NCBI GenBank assembly: GCA_947475005.1
Contig: CANJLI010000002.1
Span: 2,256-66,255, forward strand
Direction: 5' to 3'
Source: Deltaproteobacteria bacterium
GTDB taxonomy: Bacteria > Bdellovibrionota_B > Oligoflexia > Oligoflexales > Bog-1112
Length of the DNA: 64,000 bases
The notes beneath the pieces are model-generated. The model was not told the DNA's origin. It was given only the letters and a program-made list of their open reading frames with translations, and did no database searches. The position numbers and the translations under genes are program-made. Each line of letters begins with the position of its first letter. Positions within the stretch are counted from its first letter, which is position 1. Of the stretch, positions 56,790 to 64,000 are shown piece by piece.

Positions 56790-56804
56790 AGAAAGAAAAA
56801 AAAA

Positions 56805-59800
56805 CTAAGAAGGCTCGTTCCATCTATTCGCAAGGTTTCCAACCTCTCTATCGTAGGTAAAAAACCGAATGATCAAGGCAGCAAAATAGGTCCCTGCCCA
56901 CGTAGGATCTTCGTACTCTTTCAACCACGAAAATTTGAGTCCCCAACATTTGGAAGGAGACGAATACTGCATCGCAGCAGACACCCTCTCTTCACGAGCA
57001 GCATCCACCTCGTACAACGTACGATTTCCATACTCAAATAAAGTCTCAATGTGCGGTATCAAAGTCGAACGAAGCCCATAGGTTTTCGTAAGGGTCTTTC
57101 GCGCAATAAACCCACCATTTACTGGGTCTGCAGTCAGGTTATTCTCCAAGCCAAGACCCAATGTTAGAGTGGTATCAAATACCGTAGGTGGCGTTAAGGT
57201 GTAAATCGACTCAACAGCTGTATGGGAATAAAGATTGAAACGACTGCGCAGTGCTAGAGTCCAATTCCTCCATGCACTAGACACGTTGCTTCGTAACTCA
57301 GACCAGGGTTGCGGCAACGCATTCTCCGGTATTTGAGGATCTTTCTGCAATTCTTTTCGCTGTCTGGCTTTCACCCAGTCATAATCGATATCAGCCTGTG
57401 CACTGAGAGGCGCTTGTTGATTCGAACGCTGCAGTGAATATCGATTGATATTCCACTCACCGATTTTTGGATTATACAAAGATCGCGTATTATGAATGGA
57501 CTCATCAAGACCCAACGTTAACTCTTGTTGCGCTTGCTCACGCACCGAAAGAGAGGCAGCGCCTGCCTTCGATACAGATTTGGGTGTAAGGTTCCAACCC
57601 TCATCAAATAAAAACCAATCGTGATTGGTGGATAAAATAATTTTCTGATGGGGAAACATAAAATCTTGTTCAGGCAAATAATCGGTTCCAATATTGTTTT
57701 TTAAATCACTGGGGAAATAAGTCAAATAGGGATCACGTGGCTTGAGATTGCCATTTGCATCCGGTGTATATTCACTGGCTATTTCCCCATATTGCCCACG
57801 TCGAACCACGAAGGGACGCATGGAAAGCGTTACCTTCCAGGTCATGCGATGCTCCAACCAAGACTGGACGTCAGGATTTTCCCCTGCAAGCAAGGGCATT
57901 TTCCCCTCCATGGGCAACGAAAGATTGAGTCCAAATCGAACCGTACGCATGGAGGAGAGAGAGCTACCTTCCCGATTCAAATCAGGCTCTTTTGCAGGAG
58001 AAGCGGCGGAGGCAGTTTTGTACTCCTGCAGCTGACTGGAAATCGAACGCAACTCACCCACAGAAAAAGCATCCAAGAGAAAAATTTTATCGGTCAAAAT
58101 AGGGGTCATCAACTGCAAGCGAAAACGACGCCATCCTCCGTTGGAAAGCGCAAAAGTTTGGCTCCCAGGAGGCGCATTCTGCTGAAAAGCAGGGTCCGAG
58201 GCATACGAAAGTTGACGCATCGTAAAATCAGCCTGCCCATAGATGGGATGAGGCAAATACGAACGACCGAAGGAGAAAAAACGCGATTGCAACTTTACCG
58301 CAAGTGGATTTTGGTAGCCAGAAAATCGAGAGTTAAGCAACATCTGATCGCCCCAATGGCTCCCAACCCCGAGATAAAAATTTTCTGCATCGAGATGGGA
58401 CTGCACATGAACTTTAGAAAAAGTTTGAGGCAAAAGTGGATCAAATACATCGAGTAAGTTGGTGAAATACAAATCTTGGGTATATCGATGGTCCGTCACC
58501 ACATTCCCTTGACTCATAAAAGACCATCGAGGGGCAAGAAAGGTTTGCCCTTTCCACTGGACCTTACCACGCCCCCCTCCGGAATATCCCTGCAAAGACT
58601 CTAGGACAGATGCAATACAAGCGTCCGGATCCGAACTGTCCAAACAATTTTTGCCTTGTGGCATCGAAGCCCACCAGCCTGGGTCCTGAATCGTGGGGGC
58701 TTGAAGATTTAAATTGGCACGTTCGGTGGGTGTCATGGCATCATAACGGGTTTTTGCGGTTTTAAAACCAGCTTCATACTGATAGCTCACCGTTTGCCTC
58801 GTGGCTTTTTGGCCGAGCTGGAGACGATCTTGAAGACCTTCTACCTGCGTCTCCCACCCCGAGTAAGTGCCCCTCTCATGTCGATACTGTGCCCCCAATC
58901 GAAATCCTCTTTTTTCGATATAATCGGTAGTAATCGTCGCATCCTGATCTTTACCGATATCCAAAAAGAGAGATTCTGAAAAAATATTTCCATTCAAGCT
59001 GTCATAAGTAATCGAGGGTAGTAAAAAACCGGATTGCCGTTCGCTTTTTGCCGGTATCCGCAAATAGGGCAGATATAAAACTGGAACCCCTTTAATTTCC
59101 AAGACCGGATTATACAAATCCGCATACCCCTCGACTTGAGCATTGATTTTCTCCGCTTGAAAAGCCCAAGCAGGGCTTTCATCAGCCGCACAAAAACAAG
59201 GCGTTAGGTATCCATTGGTGGTTCTCACCTCATATTGGTGAATGCGCTCGATGACTTTTCCCTGCAAACGAAAATATCCCAAATGCAACACATTCTGATT
59301 GTTCATCAATGCTTTTTCTTGGCTATCCTTCCAGAACTGACGCCGTCGTTGCAGCTGCTTGTAGCGTTCAGATTGAATTCCAAAGTGAGCAATATTTTCT
59401 TGCCCCTTGATATGAGCTTCCTCTCGCAACAAAATTTCGTACTGTGCCTCTCGTTCTTTTTTTTCGGAAGAGGAAAGATTCGGATACTGTTTCAAATATT
59501 GTGCACGAGCCGCATTTTTTTTGCCCTCAATTTCCTGCAACCATCTTTGCCGGTTGACTTCAAATTCAATCTCCTGAGGACTAACCCCCAACACAGATTC
59601 TACAATTTTTTTGACTTCGGCTTCTGAGTTAGCTGTAAGAAGAGCTTTGGTGAGGCTAAAATCTCCCGTATCCAAATCGTAGTGCAGTTCATCTCCGGTA
59701 AAAACCTGCTGGGAACTAATCAACAGGATGTTACCTCTTGCCTCGAAGGTTTTTTTGATCCGATCGAGCTCAATATGATCCGCAAGGATCAGAGTGCCTG

Positions 59801-59954
59801 CTGCAATTGCTACCACGTCCCCTTCAAAAACTTGCCGATCTCCTTTTCGATCAAAGCCTACCCGTTGCGCATCAAAAAAGACCTCCAATTCTTTTGGAAC
59901 AGTCTGTCCTTGACAAAGCGCTGCAGATAGAAAAAATAGAACGATGAGGCGCAC
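56805..59954 (-). CDS. lptD: LPS-assembly outer-membrane protein LptD
   Basis: 1049 aa. Signal peptide, N-terminal OstA-like beta-jellyroll (..FEGDVVAIAAGTLILADHIELD..), long beta-barrel region. Confidence 0.85.
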   Translation of the reverse strand: MRLIVLFFLSAALCQGQTVPKELEVFFDAQRVGFDRKGDRQVFEGDVVAIAAGTLILADHIELDRIKKTFEARGNILLISSQQVFTGDELHYDLDTGDFSLTKALLTANSEAEVKKIVESVLGVSPQEIEFEVNRQRWLQEIEGKKNAARAQYLKQYPNLSSSEKKEREAQYEILLREEAHIKGQENIAHFGIQSERYKQLQRRRQFWKDSQEKALMNNQNVLHLGYFRLQGKVIERIHQYEVRTTNGYLTPCFCAADESPAWAFQAEKINAQVEGYADLYNPVLEIKGVPVLYLPYLRIPAKSERQSGFLLPSITYDSLNGNIFSESLFLDIGKDQDATITTDYIEKRGFRLGAQYRHERGTYSGWETQVEGLQDRLQLGQKATRQTVSYQYEAGFKTAKTRYDAMTPTERANLNLQAPTIQDPGWWASMPQGKNCLDSSDPDACIASVLESLQGYSGGGRGKVQWKGQTFLAPRWSFMSQGNVVTDHRYTQDLYFTNLLDVFDPLLPQTFSKVHVQSHLDAENFYLGVGSHWGDQMLLNSRFSGYQNPLAVKLQSRFFSFGRSYLPHPIYGQADFTMRQLSYASDPAFQQNAPPGSQTFALSNGGWRRFRLQLMTPILTDKIFLLDAFSVGELRSISSQLQEYKTASAASPAKEPDLNREGSSLSSMRTVRFGLNLSLPMEGKMPLLAGENPDVQSWLEHRMTWKVTLSMRPFVVRRGQYGEIASEYTPDANGNLKPRDPYLTYFPSDLKNNIGTDYLPEQDFMFPHQKIILSTNHDWFLFDEGWNLTPKSVSKAGAASLSVREQAQQELTLGLDESIHNTRSLYNPKIGEWNINRYSLQRSNQQAPLSAQADIDYDWVKARQRKELQKDPQIPENALPQPWSELRSNVSSAWRNWTLALRSRFNLYSHTAVESIYTLTPPTVFDTTLTLGLGLENNLTADPVNGGFIARKTLTKTYGLRSTLIPHIETLFEYGNRTLYEVDAAREERVSAAMQYSSPSKCWGLKFSWLKEYEDPTWAGTYFAALIIRFFTYDREVGNLANRWNEPS

Positions 59955-59956
59955 AA

Positions 59957-60811
59957 TCAGAATACAGGACTCCTTCGAGTAAGGATTTGCAATAACTCGG
60001 CCACACGATCACGAAGTACATTGCGATGGCAGATCATATCTAGCATGCCATGCTGCAGCAAAAATTCCGAGGTTTGAAAGCCCTGCGGTAATTTTTCTTT
60101 GATGGTCTGCTCAATAACCCGTGGCCCTGCAAATCCGATAAGAGCTCCTGGCTCTCCAATATTGATATCCCCCAATAAGGAATAACTAGCAGCCACGCCC
60201 CCGGTAGTAGGATCTGTGAGGATCGATAGAAACGGAACCCCAGCCTCTTTTACCTTTGCAAGAGCCGCACAGGTTTTGCCCATCTGCATGAGACTAAGCA
60301 GCCCCTCCTGCATACGCGCCCCCCCTGAGGAGGAGAAAACAATAGCAGGCTCTTTTTGTTGGGCAGCACGTAAGAACAAACGAGTCAGCTTTTCTCCCAC
60401 CACAGAGCCCATGCTACCGCCCATAAATAGAAAATCCATCACGCCCAATTGGATGGGAATCCCATGGAGTTTTGCATGTCCACTTAAGATGGCATCGTGG
60501 CCCCAGCCTCTTTTCTCAGACTCGTCAATACGATCTCGATAGGCTTTGGTATCTGTAAATTGCAAAGGATCGTTACTCATGAGGTCTCCATCCAACTGGA
60601 CAAAGGACTCTGGATCCACAAACCCTTTCACACGAAGAGTAGCAGACAACATGAAATGATGATCACATTTGGGGCACACATTCTGATTGGCAATAAAATC
60701 GCGTTTGTAGATGATGCTCTGACACTTGCGACACTTTTGCCACAATCCATCTGGAGGATCCAATCTTTCACTTTTATGAAGTGGGGCTTTTTCTATTTTG
60801 GCCCAAGCCAT
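59957..60811 (-). CDS. accD: Acetyl-CoA carboxylase carboxyltransferase beta subunit
   Basis: Zn ribbon CRKC..CPKC. ..MDFLFMGGSMGSVVGEK.. and ..SGGARMQEG.. motifs. Confidence 0.93.
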   Translation of the reverse strand: MAWAKIEKAPLHKSERLDPPDGLWQKCRKCQSIIYKRDFIANQNVCPKCDHHFMLSATLRVKGFVDPESFVQLDGDLMSNDPLQFTDTKAYRDRIDESEKRGWGHDAILSGHAKLHGIPIQLGVMDFLFMGGSMGSVVGEKLTRLFLRAAQQKEPAIVFSSSGGARMQEGLLSLMQMGKTCAALAKVKEAGVPFLSILTDPTTGGVAASYSLLGDINIGEPGALIGFAGPRVIEQTIKEKLPQGFQTSEFLLQHGMLDMICHRNVLRDRVAELLQILTRRSPVF

Positions 60812-61060
60812 CGGACACCTCCTGCAAAAATAGATAAATCATGAAAACTACGTATGAAATAAAACAAAATCAAGTAATCGTCAAAAATAAAACAAAAAAC
60901 TTTTCTCTCTGCACCATGCTTTATGATTGCGTCTGGAGATTTTCTTGTTACTATAAATGAAAATTACATAAGCCTGACATCAAAGTGTAAGTTTTTTACT
61001 CCGAGTAGGAAACTTGAAAGTATGTATAAGAAGCTGTCTGATCTTCTCTAAAGGAAGCCT

Positions 61061-61429
61061 ATGACTTGCCGGAAGTGTCCTCATCATGTACGTCACGGTC
61101 AAGTTGCCTCCGACGGATCTAGCATTCTCTTCAAAGATTTATGCGGATTACGTCACAAACAGGCTCAAGACACGGAGGCGCCTCTTAAAAAAGGCATGCG
61201 AGGACGTGGACGACCGGTAGATGTAGTAAAAAGAAAGCCTCTCCCTGACGGCGCGACAATGGAATGCCTCCACTATCCCTTCCCAGATCCCTTCGAGTAC
61301 CTAAGTTGTTCGATTTATCAGGAGAACTTCTCGGCTACAGAGCATCGCAACGATGTTCTGCTCTCGAGAGAGTTGCACTATACCGAGCAGCTCTCGGACT
61401 TTGCAGTGACGGATTTGGAGCTTTTGTAG
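61061..61429 (+). CDS. Hypothetical small Cys/His-containing protein
   Basis: 122-aa ORF with N-terminal CRKCPHH. Weak RBS and no homology recognised. Confidence 0.4.
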   Translation: MTCRKCPHHVRHGQVASDGSSILFKDLCGLRHKQAQDTEAPLKKGMRGRGRPVDVVKRKPLPDGATMECLHYPFPDPFEYLSCSIYQENFSATEHRNDVLLSRELHYTEQLSDFAVTDLELL

Positions 61430-61439
61430 AGAGTTACGC

Positions 61440-61579
61440 GGGGACACCCGATGCGAGTGTCCCCAGAGGGATCCCAAGGTCCCGCATGGGATCCCTGGGT
61501 TTTTATCGAGATCCCATACGGTCCCTGCGGGACCTTGGGATGACGAAAGAGGAAGGGGACACCCCGTTGGAGTGTCCCC
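61440..61579. repeat. Repeat cluster: G module, degenerate P module, G module
   Basis: ggggacacccgatgcgagtgtcccc (61440-61464). gggatcccaagg..tatcgagatcccatacggtccctgcgggaccttgggatgacg (61468-61545). ggggacaccccgttggagtgtcccc (61555-61579). Confidence 0.8.
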
Positions 61580-61594
61580 ATGGGCCGAGAAGGA

Positions 61595-64000
61595 TTACCC
61601 CTTCGCAACCAAAGGCTTATTTAGCAGCCGGCGGTTTCTCCAACGCTCAAACCAAACTACAAATGAACTGGCAACCAAAATAGAGGTTAGAGTCGCCGTA
61701 ATAATCCCGATGGTCAAAGCCATGGCAAAATCCCAAACTTGGCCTTTTGCCACGAACAAGATTCCCAAGAGAGAGACTCCGGTAGCAACGGAAGTGTTGA
61801 TCGAACGCCCGAAGGTCTCGTTCACAGAGATATTGACGTTGTCCTCCAGGGAGCGCCTTGGAAACAACTGCAAATTCTCTCGAATTCGGTCATAGATCAC
61901 AATCGTATCGTTTACGGAGTACCCCACTACCGTAAGGAACGCAGCTACAGAAACCAGGTCAAAGGTAATCCCAAAGAAGGCATAGAACCCAAACATGATC
62001 ACCGTATCCAAAATCATCTTGGCAAAGGCACTCGGAGCAAAACGCATATCGAATCGGAAGGCAATATAAAGAGCCACTGCCATAATGGCATATAGAACCG
62101 AAAGAATCCCTTGGCTTCGCAGATCGCTTCCCACTTGAGGGCCAACAAAGTCAATCTTCAAGATCTCAGGCCCGTGCACTTTCAACTTCTCCAACAACGT
62201 GGATTTGAAAGAAAGGAATGTATGAGAATCCTCTGCCTTGGTCTCTGCAGCACCCTCGAGTTGTACTCTCTCGTGCTTAGAAGCATCATAACGAAGCAGG
62301 TATTGTTTCTTACCCCCTTCGAGAGCTTGAAGGGTCACTCCTTCCAAACCAGATTTTTCTGCCAACTCCCGAATTTGACCTGGTTCGACATCCGTAGTAA
62401 AGCCCAAGGTCATTTCGGTTCCACCGGCAAAATCCACACCGAAGTTGATGCCCTTAATAGCGGTAGCCCCGATCACAGCAAAGGCCAGTAGCATAGCGAG
62501 CGCGGTAGAAAAAGAACCTGCCCGTAGGAAGTTGATGTTGCGTACTTTGTGCTCTGTGCCACTCACACCCAACCAAGATTTCAGATTGCGCTCTGGAATC
62601 CACGTCATTGCCAGGTCAAATAGAAGACGGGTTCCGTAAAGAGCCACGAATACAGAGACCAAAAGTCCGATAATCAAAGTAACTGCAAATCCACGAATCG
62701 GCCCGGAGGTATTGGTTTCTAGCAAAACAAAAGCAGCAATTAAGGTCGTAACGTTAGCATCGACAATGGTACGGAAAACCTTGGAGAAAGCCATTGGTAC
62801 GGCTTTACGCGGGTGGCGACCCTCTCGAAGCTCTTGACGAATTCGCTCGTTGATCAACACGTTGGCATCCACCGCCATACCCAGCGTCAAAATAAAACCC
62901 GCAATCCCTGGCAAGGTAAAGGAAAGACCAAAACCAGCCATAATCGCCAAGTGGAAGACCGCGTTCAAAATCAACGCCACACAAGCGATCACCCCAGGAC
63001 GACGGTAGTAAAGAAGCATGAACAGGAGCACACAGAACAGACCAATGACAATGCCTTGAATCCCTTGATTCGCCAATTCAGGCCCAAGGCTCGCACCCAC
63101 TTCAGATTGCTGCAATACCTTGATTTCAGCAGGAATGGAACCGGACTTGAGGATCAAAGAAAGCTGCTTGCCCTCTTCCATAATGTCGTTGTAGCTACGC
63201 CCCCCGCCCAAACTGATGCTCGCGCGGCCCCCGGTAATTTTGGTTTGGATAACAGGCGCAGACTCCACCACATCATCAAGGATGATGGCAAGGCGCTTCT
63301 TAATGTTCGCACCGGTAACCTCTGCAAAACGACGTCCCCCAGGACCAGAGAAGGTCAAGGCTACGGCAGGGCGGTGATCCAAGCTATCGCCTTGGGCCAA
63401 TACCGCATCTTGGACATCCTCACCGGTAATTTGGGTAGCCGCATGAACAACAAAGGAGGTCCAGCGATTCTTCGCGTGGGTACCGTCCCCTAAAACTTGA
63501 CGATGAAACAATAGCTCGCGGTCTTGAGGCACATGAGGTTGCAAGAAGGCTGCCAACTTATCGCGGTCTTCAGAAGAGAACGCGATCTGTCCGCCATTTT
63601 CAGAAACTTCAACGCCAGCTGGGACCTTATCGCGCAAGCTGTCCAAACCGGTAAACTGATCATCTACGATTTTAAATTTTAGCTGTGCGGTACGGCCGAG
63701 CAATTCCTTGGCACGTTCTGGATCTTTAAACCCAGGCAATTGCACCAGAATGGAACCATCCGCGCGGCGGAAAATCATGGGTTCTGCAACGCCCCATTTG
63801 TCCACACGAGATCGCACGACGCGCTCGGCTTGCTCTACAGCACTTTTCCCGATGCGCTCCATTTCGGTTTTACTATAGCCATAGCTAAGAGCGCCATCTT
63901 TGTGGGCATTTGCTTCTAGAAGCGGGAACTCTTTCTTCACAGCTAGTTTAAACTTGGCAATATCGTCGTCTTGTTTGCTGGTTAGCTGAACAACAACCTC
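61595..64000 (-). CDS. secDF: Fused protein-export membrane protein SecDF (5' end off-window)
   Basis: SecD periplasmic P1 head and TM bundle, followed without a stop by a SecF domain. The frame stays open upstream of the listed GTG through position 64000. Confidence 0.9.
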   Translation of the reverse strand, partial: EVVVQLTSKQDDDIAKFKLAVKKEFPLLEANAHKDGALSYGYSKTEMERIGKSAVEQAERVVRSRVDKWGVAEPMIFRRADGSILVQLPGFKDPERAKELLGRTAQLKFKIVDDQFTGLDSLRDKVPAGVEVSENGGQIAFSSEDRDKLAAFLQPHVPQDRELLFHRQVLGDGTHAKNRWTSFVVHAATQITGEDVQDAVLAQGDSLDHRPAVALTFSGPGGRRFAEVTGANIKKRLAIILDDVVESAPVIQTKITGGRASISLGGGRSYNDIMEEGKQLSLILKSGSIPAEIKVLQQSEVGASLGPELANQGIQGIVIGLFCVLLFMLLYYRRPGVIACVALILNAVFHLAIMAGFGLSFTLPGIAGFILTLGMAVDANVLINERIRQELREGRHPRKAVPMAFSKVFRTIVDANVTTLIAAFVLLETNTSGPIRGFAVTLIIGLLVSVFVALYGTRLLFDLAMTWIPERNLKSWLGVSGTEHKVRNINFLRAGSFSTALAMLLAFAVIGATAIKGINFGVDFAGGTEMTLGFTTDVEPGQIRELAEKSGLEGVTLQALEGGKKQYLLRYDASKHERVQLEGAAETKAEDSHTFLSFKSTLLEKLKVHGPEILKIDFVGPQVGSDLRSQGILSVLYAIMAVALYIAFRFDMRFAPSAFAKMILDTVIMFGFYAFFGITFDLVSVAAFLTVVGYSVNDTIVIYDRIRENLQLFPRRSLEDNVNISVNETFGRSINTSVATGVSLLGILFVAKGQVWDFAMALTIGIITATLTSILVASSFVVWFERWRNRRLLNKPLVAKG

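Overview
Chromosomal segment of a diderm bacterium (LptD, Pal, a TolQ/TolR-type pair, type IV pilus PilB/PilC, fused SecDF) that also carries RNase Y plus YmdB. GC is roughly 50% by eye. The lineage cannot be fixed from the sequence; a Bdellovibrionota or deltaproteobacteria-like gene mix is a low-confidence guess. There are about 55 protein genes, mostly housekeeping: clpA (partial), rpsP-rimM-trmD, pal, rny-ymdB, dapA-dapB-lepB, rplU-rpmA-obg-rsfS, a uvrA-like gene, guaB-guaA, a sugar MFS transporter plus ROK kinase, pilB-pilC, a large NAD-GDH, tolQ/R-like, lptD, accD, secDF (partial), and one tRNA-Gly(GCC). No rRNA, CRISPR array, transposase or integrase was seen. The unusual part is the non-coding DNA. 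Nearly every longer spacer holds modular, nested palindromic repeats of at least five module types. Three copies of a ~0.5 kb twin-hairpin element (1908-2372, 51414-51933, 56272-56789) have 23-25 bp terminal inverted repeats and compensatory arm substitutions. This repeat system is the best candidate for something undescribed. Other second-look items: (1) a KamA-like radical-SAM aminomutase / ATP-grasp ligase / DmpA-type aminopeptidase operon (42997-46625); (2) a 32-bp direct repeat bracketing a single secreted-protein gene at the uvrA 3' end; (3) an AT-richer gene for a secreted protein with a CHAT/caspase-like His-Cys pattern; (4) a small AT-rich islet with two toxin-antitoxin-like pairs. 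All calls come from reading the sequence and the ORF translations. No database search, folding or statistics were run, and hairpin coordinates were derived by hand.
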